64,000 bases of DNA from Macrostomum lignano (lineage: Eukaryota). Position 1 is the stretch's first letter. Each line of letters opens with the position of its first letter. The stretch covers positions 1 to 64,000 of the forward strand of contig NIVC01003649.1 in assembly GCA_002269645.1 (NCBI GenBank). The letters are read 5' to 3'. The position numbers were made by a program, and so were the translations under genes. The notes beneath the pieces are model-generated. The model was not told the DNA's origin and searched no databases. It worked only from the letters and a program-made list of their open reading frames with translations. Shown here piece after piece: positions 48,301 to 60,800 of the stretch.

Positions 48301-49936
48301 CTAATTACCTGGCTATTAAACTACTAGTAGCTAATTACCTGGCTATTAAACTACCAGTTGCTAATTACCTGGCTATTAAACTACCAGTAGCTAATTACCT
48401 GGCTATTAAACTACCAGTAGTTAATTACCTGGCTATTACACTACCAGTAGTTAATTACCTGGCTATTACACTACCAGTAGCTTATTACCTGGCTATTACA
48501 CTACCAGTAGCTAATTACCTGGCTATTACACTACCAGTAGCTTATTACCTCGCTATTACACTACCAGTAGCTTATTATCTCGCTATTACACTACCAGTAG
48601 CTAATTACCTGGCTATTACACTACCAGTAGCTTATTACCTGGCTATTACACTACCAGTAGCTAATTACCTGGCTATTACACTACCAGTAGCTAATTACCT
48701 GGCTATTACACTACCAGTAGCTAATTACCTGGCTATTACACTACCAGTAGCTAATTACCTGGCTATTACACTACCAGTAGCTAATTACCTGGCTATTACA
48801 CTACCAGTAGCTTATTACCTGGCTATTACACTACCAGTAGTTAATTACCTGGCTATTAAACTACCAGTAGCTAATGTTAATTATATAACTAGCAGTTAAC
48901 CTCATACTTAACCGTACCTAATTACCTGAAACGTACCCGTAGCTATAATTTACTGGTGGCTTTCCGTTGCCTAATTGGTAACAGTTTGATAAAATCCGTA
49001 TACTATGTCTTTATATTACGCTCGTACATGCGTATTTTACATCCCCATATTACATCCATACATTTCATCAGTACATTACATCCGTACATTACATCCGTAC
49101 ATTACATCAGTACATTACATCCGTACATTACATCCGTATATTACATCCGAACATTACATCCGTATATTACATCCGTATATTACATCCGTATATTGCATCC
49201 GAACATTACATCCGTATATTACATCCGTATATTACATCCGTATATTACATCCGTATATTGCATCCGAACATTACATCCGTATATTACATCCGTATATTAC
49301 ATCCGTATATTACATCCGTATATTACATCCGTATATTACATCCGTATATTGCATCCGAACATTACATCCGTATATTACATCCGTATATTGCATCCGACTC
49401 TCCTCTCCCCTCAGGCCCCGCCCGGGCCAGTCTATCCAACACCCGAGCTGCCCTGTCCCGGCCACGGCGCACTCTGCGTCCCCGACCCAGCCCAGCTGAT
49501 TGTGCAACCGTGGGGCCACCGTCTGGCGTTCACCGGAGTTGACAGCGTCGCCCACCTCGCCGCCGAGGAGGTCAGCGGCGGCGGCGGCGGCGGAGCAACC
49601 GAAGGCGGCAGCGGCGATCGCTTGGGCCGCCTAGCCGGCCACCTGCTGTCCCAGTGCTCAATGTATCCGCTGCTACCGTCGCACGACTCCCTGCCGTTGG
49701 ACTATCCTCTGTGGGGCCGGCACTGCTTGCTTGGCGACGACACGCCACACCTGTTGATTGCCGCCTCTCAGGTGAAACCGTTTATTAAACTGTTGCCAAC
49801 TGCAGCAGTTGAGCAAGGAAGCCAAACTCCTTGCTGCTGTTTCGTTAATCCTGGCCGCCTGTCCCGGGGCACCTACGGCCGGGTGCGACTGGGACCGGAC
49901 GGTCAGCTGGTGGAGGCCGAGGTTCTGCGACTGTGA
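45377..49936 (+). CDS. POLA2: DNA polymerase alpha subunit B, join(45377..45717,46536..47310,49415..49936), 545 aa
   Basis: RYMFQ; YSLFPGQVVAVRGSNPTG; VASGPF; PVYP; PDPAQLIV; MYPLLP; PHLLI...KPFIK; VNPGRL. Intron phases 2 and 0 are consistent. Confidence 0.92.
45740..46460. repeat. Compound G-rich minisatellite: 20-bp GGGAAGATTG(A/G)TGGTAGATT, then 22-bp GGGAAGTGGCAGATTGGGAGTT
   Basis: Tandem periodicity; POLA2 intron 1. Confidence 0.93.
47395..48875. repeat. 30-bp minisatellite CTAATTACCTGGCTAATACACTTCCAGTAG, ~49 copies
   Basis: Tandem periodicity; POLA2 intron 2. Confidence 0.96.
49040..49396. repeat. 13-bp minisatellite ATATTACATCCGT
   Basis: Tandem periodicity; POLA2 intron 2. Confidence 0.93.
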
Positions 49937-50260
49937 ACTGCTCACTAGGATGTGACCAGAGTAGTGCTAAGGCAGAGTGACTGCTCACTAAGATGTGACC
50001 AGAGTGACTGCTCACTGGGATGTGACCAGAGTGACTGCTCACTGGGATGTGACCAGAGTGACTGCTCACTGGGATGTGACCAGAGTGACTGCTCACTGGG
50101 ATGTGACCAGAGTGACTGCTCACTGGGATGTGACCAGAGTGACTGCTCACTGGGATGTGACCAGAGTGGCTGATCACTGGGATGTGATCAGAGTGACTGC
50201 TCGCTGGGATGTGACCAGAGTAGGGCTGATTCAGAGTGACTGCTCACTGAGGACACCGGA
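49933..50260. repeat. 27-bp minisatellite AGAGTGACTGCTCACTGGGATGTGACC, starting at the POLA2 stop codon
   Basis: Tandem periodicity. Confidence 0.92.
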
Positions 50261-50699
50261 ACAGCTTCCTTTATTAACTAGTGCATATACTTTATTAAAA
50301 AAAGAATCTTTTTATTGTAATTTTGTATCTAAGTGTTGCATTTGGTTTTGGGTTGAGTTGTCAAGCATTCTCCAGCTTTGTCTATTGTATTGTATTGTTT
50401 ATAAATTTTAATAATGCGGCATTTTTAATTACCTAAACTTTCTACTAACAGTAGTTAAACTTATTGCTCTAAGCTTTATAGTCTCTGTAATTAGTTTAAG
50501 TTGTCGATTTCCACTGGCATTTCTATTTCAATTTATTCTGCGAGTACCCAAAATAAATGTATTGGCATTTCTCTTTGCATGTTCTATGAATATCCTGTTT
50601 TTTATTTTCCCTGTCAAAGGTGCGAGTTATTCATAGTCAGCTTTGAATAGATACGAGTAAGTTAACACCACGTTTTCTTAATTATAGATTCTAGGCATA

Positions 50700-51185
50700 A
50701 TTTTACATTGTCTTCTTCTCTCGCTTCTCTTCTACCGATTCTGTCCCGATTTTCTCGCCCTCTTCTCTTATCTCCCTTCCCTTTCCTTTTGACTTTGTAT
50801 CTCCCCTTTACCCCTCTCCCTTCCCCTCACCCTCTCTCCCTTCCCCTCACCCTCTCTCCCCCTCGCCTCTTTCTCTCCCCCTTCCCCTCACTCCCTCTCC
50901 CTTCCCCTCACCCTCTCTCCGTTCCTCTCACCCTCTGTCCGTTCCCCTCACCCTCTGTCCGTTCCCCTCACCCTCTCTCCCTTCCCCTCACCCTCTCTCC
51001 CTTCCCCTCACCCTCTCTCCCTTCCCCTCACCCTCTCTCCCTTCCCCTCACCCTCTCTCTCTTCCCCTCACCCTCTCCGTTCCTCTCACCCTCTGTCCGT
51101 TCCCCTCACCCTCTCTCCCTTCCCCTCACCCTCTCTCCGTTCCCCTCACCCTCTCTCCCTTCCCCTCACCTCTCTCTCCCCCTCC
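50700..51185. repeat. Polypyrimidine ~20-bp minisatellite CTTCCCCTCACCCTCTCTCC
   Basis: Tandem periodicity. Confidence 0.9.
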
Positions 51186-51360
51186 GAATTCTGACCACCT
51201 GCTCTGCAATGATACCTAATTTCGTTTTGATGCCAACTCAACTGGCATATCAGCAGTGTGTTTTAACTAAAAAAGAAATTCATATAAAGCGTGCGCCTGA
51301 AAAAATCAAATTATAATAAACGATTTAATTAATTAAATCAGTTTGCAACAAGAGCGCAGC

Positions 51361-53392
51361 ATGGAGCAGCAGCGTCACTTGCACGAGGAGAGGCGCTACA
51401 TCACTAAACTGCTGCGCTGCTTCATACTTCGGGCTATTCAAGTTGTACTGCAGAGCCGATCTGGCAGGCTGTTCCGCTACGCCTGCCGGGATCACAGCAG
51501 TGTCGAGCTGCTCGGACTGAGCTTCGAGGACGATCCAGAAATTGCCCTGTCGGCTAAGACTAAACTTGGCGGCCTGCCTGACCTGCGGCACGGCGATACC
51601 CACTCTGTGCAGGTGTTTCTCACCTGTCCAAATGCACAAGCTCGAACTGATGAAGATGCTGACAATGACAGGCTGTATCTGGAGGTGTGGACATTTCGAT
51701 TTGCTGAGGAGAGCGACCCATCTCTGCGTAGGGCTAAGGTTTGTGCTGCTAAATGGGATATTTTTGCGTCCTTAGCAACGATGCAAGCAAATAATGTTGT
51801 CTATGTAAGCAGCGTCCTTAGCAACGCGTGTTTGAGTTAAACGAGTGTTTTCAACGTAAGCAGCGTCCTTGGCAACGGTTCTAGAGTTGAATGAATGTTT
51901 TCCAGAGAGTAATCAGCGTCCTTGACAACGGTTAAACAAACGATCGTTGCCAAGGTTATCAGAATGTTTAATATTTGAGTTCGTTCCTAATGTAATCAGC
52001 GTCCATAGTAACAGTGCAAGCGTTGAGTGTTGCAAAGGTACTTAGCGTCCTTCTTTTCTGTAATAGCGCTCACATTAAGCGTCCCCTAGTGCCATTAAGG
52101 TGTTTGGCGTCCTTAGTTACAGTTCTACATAACTAAGAGCAGGAAAACTCAACTACCATCAAAAGTGCAGTGTGCGTACTTTCCTTTAAAAACTTGCACA
52201 GGCATTCGACCGGCTAACCGTAGCTCTCAAAGCCCTCTGGTCCGTTGCCCGCGCTCTGCCAGCCTATCGCGTTGCCCGCCGCGGCACAACTGAGAGTCGG
52301 GTTCTCTGCTTCCGGCTGCTGCCGGGCGCAGCCGACCCGGCCGTTCTCGGGCCTGGCTACCAGAACCGGCGGGTGGCCTCTGTTCGAACTCTGGCCGGCA
52401 CCCTGTCGCTTACCTGCTCGTTCCGTAGCCCCATCAAGCTGGGACCGGAGTCGCTGCGGCTGCACGAAGGCCACTACCAGCTGACTGAGGACTCCGTCAG
52501 CAACACTGTCGATCAGACTCCAGATTCAGTGGGAATTGATTCAAATTTTTTGCAGCAGCCAATGTCGCTGCCGCAGCCGGAAACGTCTCCGGTGGAAAAT
52601 CCCAAGCCGACGCAGCCGCCGATGTCGGCCAGTGCGAACCAGCAGAAGCAGAAGCAGCGACAGAGCGCCTTCTGCCCAGTTGGCCCGTTCGCCATGGTCG
52701 GCGCCAACGGCTTCGCTGCTCCGTTCGATCGTCTCTCCGACTGCAACGGCGGCGGCGTCGGCATCTTCGGCGATTTCGATGACGATTTGCCGTTCAAGTC
52801 GCTGATGTCGTCCTCTTCAACGGATGGCGCGGCGACAGCCTCGGCTTCGGCGACCGCCGCCCCTAACGACATCGACGGCGGCTTGAACGGCGGCGAGGAC
52901 GCCGACAGCCAGCAGTGCGAGATGTCGGCCGAGCTGTCCGACTCGCCAGACGAGGATGACGACGACGTCTTGCGCGTAGCCGACGGCAACAATTTTCAAG
53001 ACGGCGACGGTGGCGCCTCGTTTGCGAGAGTGTCGCCATTGGACGAGTCCTCAGTTGAAGCTTCGGGCGACTTCGGCTCGGCAGCTGGAGGCGTGGGTCG
53101 CAACGGCTCGCTGGGGTCAGCCGAGGACATCGCAACAGGCGCTGCAGCGGCCAGCAGCATATCCGAGTTTCTGCCGTTTGCCAGCGACTGCTCAGCTGCG
53201 GATTTGCAGCGATTGCAGCAGCTCAAATCCGCTGTTAAGCTGGAGATGTTCGCCGCCCCGAATCCGCTGGCCGACCGCATCGGCGACATTCCCCGCCAGC
53301 TGAAGTTCTTTGAGCAGGACCTGGCTGAGTTTGACTGCATGCTCAACACTATGCTGGAGAGGAGCAGTGACTCCGAGCCTGAGCAGCTTTGA
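51361..53392 (+). CDS. ATG13: Autophagy-related protein 13, join(51361..51738,52202..53392), 522 aa
   Basis: HORMA domain motifs KLLRCFILRAIQVVLQSR, LEVW, FDRLTVALKALWSVARALPAYR, GPGYQNRRVASVRTLAGTLSLTCSFR; disordered Ser/Asp-rich tail; C-terminal LAEFDCML. Phase-0 intron. Confidence 0.9.
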
Positions 53393-53394
53393 GC

Positions 53395-54465
53395 TGGCGG
53401 GAGGGCGATGACCGATCTAGGGAGGGCAAAAACTAATTTGATGAGTCAGGAGAGGGCAATGACCGATTAAATGAGTCAGGAGAGGGCAATAACCGATCTG
53501 ATAAGTCAGGAGAGGGCAATGACCGATTCAATGAGTCAGGAGAGGTCAATGACCGATCTGAGGAGTCAGGAGAGGGCAATGACCGATCTGAGGAGTCAGG
53601 AGAGAGCAATGACCGATCTGAGGAGTCAGGAGAGAGCAATGACCGATTCAATGAGTCAGGAGAGGGCAATGACCGATTCAATGAGTCAGGAGAGGGCAAT
53701 GACCGATTCAATGAGTCAGGAGAGGTCAATGACCGATCTGAGGAGTCAGGAGAGGGCAATGACCGATCTGAGGAGTCAGGAGAGAGCAATGACCGATCTG
53801 AGGAGTCAGGAGAGAGCAATGACCGATCTGAGGAGTCAGGAGAGGGCAATGACCGATCTGAGGAGTCAGGAGAGAGCAATGACCGATCTGAGGAGTCAGG
53901 AGAGAGCAATGACCGATCTGAGGAGTCAGGAGAGAGCAATGACCGATTAAATGAGTCAGGAGAGGGCAATGACCGATCTGATGAGTCGAGAGAGGGCAAT
54001 GACCGATTTGATGAGTCGAGAGAGGGCAATGACCGATCTGAGGAGTCAGGAGAGAGCAATGACCGATCTGAGGAGTCAGGAGAGGGCAATGACCGATCTG
54101 AGGAGTCAGGAGAGAGCAATGACCGATCTGAGGAGTCAGGAGAGAGCAATGACCGATCTGAGGAGTCAGGAGAGGGCAATGACCGATCTGAGGAGTCAGG
54201 AGAGAGCAATGACCGATCTGAGGAGTCAAGAGAGAGCAATGACCGATCTGAGGAGTCAGGAGAGAGCAATGACCGATCTGAGGAGTCAGGAGAGAGCAAT
54301 GACCGATTAAATGAGTCAGGAGAGGGCAATGACCGATCTGATGAGTCGAGAGAGGGCAATGACCGATTTGATGAGTCGAGAGAGGGCAATGACCGATTTG
54401 ATGAGTCGGGAGAGGGCAATGACCGATCTGATGAGTCGGGAGAGGGCAATGACCGATCTGATGAC
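53395..54465. repeat. 30-bp minisatellite GACCGATCTGAGGAGTCAGGAGAGAGCAAT, ~35 copies, directly after the ATG13 stop
   Basis: Tandem periodicity. Confidence 0.95.
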
Positions 54466-54929
54466 AGTTAGTTAGCAATGATACTTACAGAGTTAAAAAA
54501 TTCCATTGTTTAAAATTGACGTTCACATTAGCTATAGTATGGGTAACATTTCTGATATTGCTACTTATTTTTCCTTAGTCTGTTAGTAGTGATAAAGTAA
54601 ATTTGCTGTCATTTATTTTTTTACTGCATAAAAGTGAAAAATTGTTTTTCCTTACTTAGCGCCTGTATTGTGAAGTGCGATCCTGTGTGAGCTCGGCTTA
54701 TTCATTCACCGTACTGTGTGTGCATTAGTCTTTCTTAAATATTGATCAGTTACCGAGTTACTGTCTGCTAATTGCGAAATTGTATGATTGGCACTGAGCA
54801 TTGTAGATTCTGCATCTGCATCTGCCTCATGCTTTATGCTAATCCATCCTATGAAAGTTTTTTTTACCTTTCTGTTTCTGTCTGATCTCTCGGTAATATA
54901 TTTGCCTAATTTCTACACCCTCACTCTAA

Positions 54930-56830
54930 TCTCTCTAACCTCCATTTTCGCCTAACAACTTTCCCTGAATCTTCCTAATCCCCACTGCTCTCTAATCTTC
55001 CTAATCTCTACTTTACCGGCCTCTAATCTCCCCAATCTCTACTTTACCGCCCTCTAATCTCCCTAATCTCTACTTTACCGGCCTCTAATCTCCCCAATCT
55101 CTACTTTACCGCCCTCTAATCTCCCTAATCTCTACTTTACGGGCCTCTAATCTCCCTATTCTCTACTTTACCGGCCTCTAAGCTCCCTAATCTCTACTTT
55201 ACCGGCCTCTAATCTCCCCAATCTCTACTTTACGGGCCTCTAATCTCCCTAATCTCTACTTTACCGGCCTCTAAGCTCCCTAATCTCTACTTTACCGCCC
55301 TCTAATCTCCCTAATCTCTACTTTACGGGCCTCTAATCTCCCTATTCTCTACTTTACCGGCCTCTAAGCTCCCTAATCTCTACTTTACCGGCCTCTAATC
55401 TCCCCAATCTCTACTTTACCGCCCTCTAATCTCCCTAATCTCTACTTTACCGGCCTCTAATCTCCCTAATCTCTACTTTACCGGCCTCTAATCTCCCTAA
55501 TCTCTACTTTACCGGCCTCTAATCTCCCTAATCTCTACTTTACCGCCCTCTAATCTCCCTAATCTCTACTTTACCGGCCTCTAATCTCCCTAATCTCTAC
55601 TTTACCGGCCTCTAATCTCCCTAATCTCTACTTTACCGGCCTCTAATCTCCCCAATCTCTACTTTACCGCCCTCTAATCTCCCTAATCTCTACTTTACGG
55701 GCCTCTAATCTCCCTATTCTCTACTTTACCGGCCTCTAAGCTCCCTAATCTCTACTTTACCGGCCTCTAATCTCCCTAATCTCTACTTTACGGGCCTCTA
55801 ATCTCCCTAATCTCTACTTTACCGGCCTCTAATCTCCCTAATCTCTACTTTACGGGCCTCTAATCTCCCTATTCTCTACTTTACCGGCCTCTAAGCTCCC
55901 TAATCTCTACTTTACCGGCCTCTAATCTCCCCAATCTCTACTTTACCGCCCTCTAATCTCCCTAATCTCTACTTTACCGGCCTCTAATCTCCATAATCTC
56001 TACTTTACCGGCCTCTAATCTCCCTAATCTCTACTTTACCGGCCTCTAATCTCCCTAATCTCTACTTTACCGGCCTCTAATCTCCCTAATCTCCCTAATC
56101 TCTACTTTACGGGCCTCTAGTCTCCCTAATCTCTACTTTACGGGCCTCTAATCTCCCTAATCTCTACTTTACCGGCCTCTAATCTCCCTAATCTTTGCTG
56201 CACCCTCTAATCTCCCTAATCTCTACTTTACCGGCCTCTAATCTCCCTAATCTCTACTTTACGGGCCTCTAAGCTCCCTAATCTCTGCTGCACCCTCTAA
56301 TCTCCATGATCTCTACTTTACCGGCCTCTAATCTCCCTAATCTCTACTTTACGGGCCTCTAAGCTCCCTAATCTCTACTTTACCGGCCTCTAATCTCCCT
56401 AATCTCTACTTTACCGGCCTCTAATCTCCCTAATCTCTACTTCACCGGCCTCTAATCTCCCTAATCTGTACTTTACCGGACTCTAATCTCCCTAATCTCT
56501 ACTTTACTTTACGGGCCTCTAATCTCCCTAATCTCTGTTGCACCCTCTAATCTCCATGATCTCTACTTTACCGGCCTCTAATCTCCCTAATCTCTACTTT
56601 ACGGGCCTCTAAGCTCCCTAATCTCTACTTTACCGGCCTCTAATCTCCCTAATCTCTACTTTACCGGCCTCTAATCTCCCTAATCTCTACTTCACCGGCC
56701 TCTAATCTCCCTAATCTGTACTTTACCGGACTCTAATCTCCCTAATCTCTACTTTATCCTCTAATCCCCTAACCTCTACTTTACCCTTTAATATTATTAC
56801 CCTAATCTTTACTTTATATCCTAATCTCTA
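54930..56830. repeat. 31-bp minisatellite CCTAATCTCTACTTTACCGGCCTCTAATCTC, ~60 copies
   Basis: Tandem periodicity. Confidence 0.95.
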
Positions 56831-57359
56831 CCTATCCCTCTAATCTTCCTTCTTAATCTTTCTGATCCTTCTACACACATACACACACACGCTAATGGAT
56901 GTTGCCAGCCACAGTTTATAAATCGTCTTTCCCGACACGATAATCGAGTAACATCGGTCTCTCATAAATCCCTGTTCATTGCATACTACTCACAGTCAGT
57001 AGTTTTGTTTCGTTATTACCCTTGTAAACAATAGAATAGTTTATATCAGATATAGCAGCCATCCGGTGGACTCTATTTTTGTTTCAAATATTGATTTCGA
57101 CTCGCTTGTAAAATGCGTCATTTGTACAGTTAATGTCACTTAAACTTGCTTTGCATATACTCATCTATTGCTGTTAAAAATTTACCCTGCAGTACAAATC
57201 ATTTTCAAGTAAGTAAATTTCCTTTCTAGGAAAATTCCTTTCTGTGATTTTGGCTTGCGGCGAAATTTCACCTAAAATCAATTTAAGACTTCTGTTGCTT
57301 TGCTGACTTTTAGCAAAATAGTATTTGCACGTAGGTGCTGTGTTCGGGTCTGGCCCAGC

Positions 57360-57770
57360 AACTGAGGATCGGGGAGGTTGGCTAAGCATCTGAGGATCTG
57401 GGAGGCTGGCCGAGCAACTGAGGATCTGGGAGGCTGGCCTAGCAACTGAGGATCTGGAAGGCTGGCCCAGAGGATCTGGGAGGCTAGCCCTGAGGATCTA
57501 AGAGGCTAGCCCTGAGGATCTGGGAGGCTAGCCCTGAGGATCTGGGAGGCTAGCCCTGAGGATCTGGTAGGCTAGTCCTGAGGATCTGGGAGGCTGGCCC
57601 TGAGGATCTGGGAGGCTAGCCCTGAGGATCTGGGAGGCTGGCCCTGAGGATCTGGGAGGCTGGCCCTGAGGATCTGGGAGGCTAGCCCTGAGGATCTGGG
57701 AGGCTAGCCCTGAGGATCTGGGAGGCTAGCCCTGAGGATCTGGGCATGCTGACACCAACAACTGAGAATC
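57360..57770. repeat. 22-bp minisatellite TGAGGATCTGGGAGGCTAGCCC
   Basis: Tandem periodicity. Confidence 0.92.
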
Positions 57771-57899
57771 TGGTGACTGGCATTAAGATTAAATTAATCC
57801 AAGCAAAACTAGCCTAAGGAAGCTCAGATTACTCTTGCATTGTTTGTCTCTTGACTTGTCGCTACGCTGAACACCCGACATGCTTGCTCATGCTCAGCC

Positions 57900-60800
57900 A
57901 TGTCGGCCGGAGACCGCGAGGAGCCGGCGATGTGGCCGCGGGAAGCCGCCTCCTGGATAGTGAGCCAGGCTGATCACGTGACCGTCCTGGAGGCGGGCAT
58001 TCGCTCGCTGGCCGACACCCTGCAGCCGGTGTTCGAGCGGGGCGAGTACTCTCTGGCCAGCTGGCGGCGGCATCCTTTGAACCCGAAGTCAGCTGACGGG
58101 CGGGCAGTCAGCTGGGTGTTCCTGGCCGATACGCTTAATTTCTCCTTCTGGTCGGATGCCGAGGTTTGTTGGGGTTGTTGTTCGGTGACGAGGTTGTTGT
58201 GTCAGCAGCTTGATTTGTGTCAGGACCGTGACGTATCAGGGTCTAGCTATCGCGTCAGTGCCTGTCTGTTAATTGTGCCAGGATCTGTTTTGTCAGTGTC
58301 CGAGTCTGTTGTTTCAGTGTCAGGATCTGTTGTTTCAATGTCAGGATCTGTTGTTTCAGTGTCAGGATCTGTTGTGTCAGCGTCAGGATCTGTTGTTTCA
58401 GTGTCAGGATCTGTTGTTTCAATGTCAGGATCTGTTGTTTCAGTGTCAGGATCTGTTGTGTCAGCGTCAGGATCTATTGTGTCAGTGTCAGGACCTGTTG
58501 TTTCAGTGTCAGGATCTGTTGTTTGAGTGTCGGGATCTGTGTCAAGGCCAGGTCTATTGTGTCAGTGCCCGTCCACAATACAATCGCTGCGCATCGCCAG
58601 GCTGACGCCAAGTTTTGCGTCACGTACGCGGGCGAGCGGCACACGGGCTACTGGTCCCTGTGCGCGGCCATCAACCGCACTCTGGACGAAGGCTTCGACC
58701 TGCTGGACCCGAAACTCTGGCCCGACTCTGGACAGATTGATTCATCTGCTTCGCGGCGACCGTTCTGAGATGCCGCTTATGCAGGAGAGGCTGGACTGTC
58801 TGCAAGAGACCGGTCGGATTCTGGTGGATCGGTACGGTGGGGACTTCAAAAATGTGCTGCTGGCTGCGGCCGGCTCCGCCAGGAGGCTGCTGGAGCTGGT
58901 GGTCACCGAGTTCCCGTGCTACAGGGACGTCTCCGTGTATAAGGTGTGTCCTGTTAGACAGCTGTGTTCCTGTTAGACAGCTGTGTTCCTGTTAGACAGT
59001 TGTGTTCCTGTTAGACAGCTGTGTTCCTGTTAGACAGCTGTGTTCCTGTTAGACAGCTGTGTCCCTGTTAGACAGCTGTGTTCCTGTTAGACAGCTGTGT
59101 TCCTGTTAGACAGCTGTGTTCCTGTTAGACAGCTGTGTTCCTGTTACAGACAGCTGTGTTCCTGTTAGACAGCTGTGTTCCTGTTAGACAGCTGTGTCCC
59201 TGTTAGACAGTTGTGTCCCTGTTAGACAGCTGTGTTCCTGTTAGACAGTTGTGTTCCTGTTAGACAGTTGTGTTCCTGTTAGACAGCTGTGTTCCTGTTA
59301 GACAGTTGTGTTCCTGTTACAGACAGCTGTGTTCCTGTTAGACAGCTGTGTTCCTGTTAGACAGCTGTGTCCCTGTTAGACAGTTGTGTTCCTGTTAGAC
59401 AGCTGTGTTCCTGTTAGACAGTTGTGTTCCTGTTAGACAGTTGTGTTCCTGTTAGACAGCTGTGTTCCTGTTAGACAGTTGTGTTCCTGTTACAGACAGC
59501 TGTGTCCCTGTTACAGACAGCTGTGTCCTGTTAGACAGTTGTGTTCCTGTTACAGACAGCTGTGTTCCTGTTACAGACAGCTGTGTTCCTGTTACAGACA
59601 GCTGTGTTCCTGTTAGACAGCTGTGTCCCTGTTACAGACAGCTGTGTTCCTGTTAGACAGTTGTGTTCCTGTTAGACAGTTGTGTTCCTGTTAGACAGTT
59701 GTGTTCCTGTTAGACAGTTGTGTTCCTGTTAGACAGTTGTGTTCCTGTTAGACAGTTGTGTTCCTGTTAGACAGCTGTGTCCCTGTTACAGACAGCTGTG
59801 TTCCTGTTACAGACAGCTGTGTTTCTGTTAGACAGTTGTGTTCCTGTTAGACAGTTGTGTTCCTGTTAGACAGTTGTGTTCCTGTTAGACAGCTGTGTCC
59901 CTGTTAGACAGTTGTGTTCCTGTTAGACAGCTGTGTCCCTGTTACAGACAGCTGTGTTCCTGTTACAGACAGCTGTGTTCCTGTTACAGACAGCTGTGTT
60001 CCTGTTACAGACAGCTGTGTTCCTGTTACAGACAGCTGTGTTCCTGTTAGACAGCTGTGTCCCTGTTACAGACAGCTGTGTTCCTGTTACAGACAGCTGT
60101 GTTCCTGTTACAGACAGCTGTGTCCCTGTTACAGACAGCTGTGTTCCTGTTAGACAGCTGTGTTCCAGTGTCAGGCATAAGAGGTTCCAGTGTCAGGCAT
60201 AAGAGGTTCCAGTGTCAGGCATAAGAGGTTGCAGTGTCAGGCATAAGAGGTTGCAGTGTCAGGCATAGAGGTTCCAGTGTCAGGCATAAGAGGTTGCAGT
60301 GTCAGGCATAAGAGGTTGCAGTGTCAGGCATAAGAGGTTGCAGTGTCAGGCATAAGAGGTTGCAGTGTCAGGCATAAGAGGTTGCAGTGTCAGGCATAGA
60401 GGTTGCAGTGTCAGGCATAAGAGGTTGCAGTGTCAGGCATAAGAGGTTGCAGTGTCAGGCATAAGAGGTTGCAGTGTCAGGCATAAGAGGTTGCAGTGTC
60501 AGGCATAAGAGGTTGCAGTGTCAGGCATAAGAGGTTGCAGTGTCAGGCATAAGAGGTTGCAGTGTCAGGCATAGAGGTTGCAGTGTCAGGCATAAGAGGT
60601 TGCAGTGTCAGGCATAAGAGGTTGCAGTGTCAGGCATAAGAGGTTGCAGTGTCAGGCATAAGAGGTTGCAGTGTCAGGCATAAGAGGTTGCAGTGTCAGG
60701 CATAAGAGGTTGCAGTGTCAGGCATAAGAGGTTGCAGTGTCAGGCATAGAGGTTGCAGTGTCAGGCATAAGAGGTTGCAGTGTCAGGCATAAGAGGTTGC

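Noticed and set aside
48956-49414. ORF-track N-terminal extension of POLA2 exon 3 (YITSVYYIRILHP)
   Set aside because: Intronic 13-bp repeat; the true exon starts after the acceptor at 49414, in phase with exon 2
51775-52110. Loose CAGCGTCCTTAGCAACG repeats in the ATG13 intron
   Set aside because: An old degenerate minisatellite; no independent signal beyond the general pattern
58164-58600. In-frame SVSGSVV extension of QNG1 exon 1
   Set aside because: Intronic 21-bp repeat between a clear donor (58164) and acceptor (58600)
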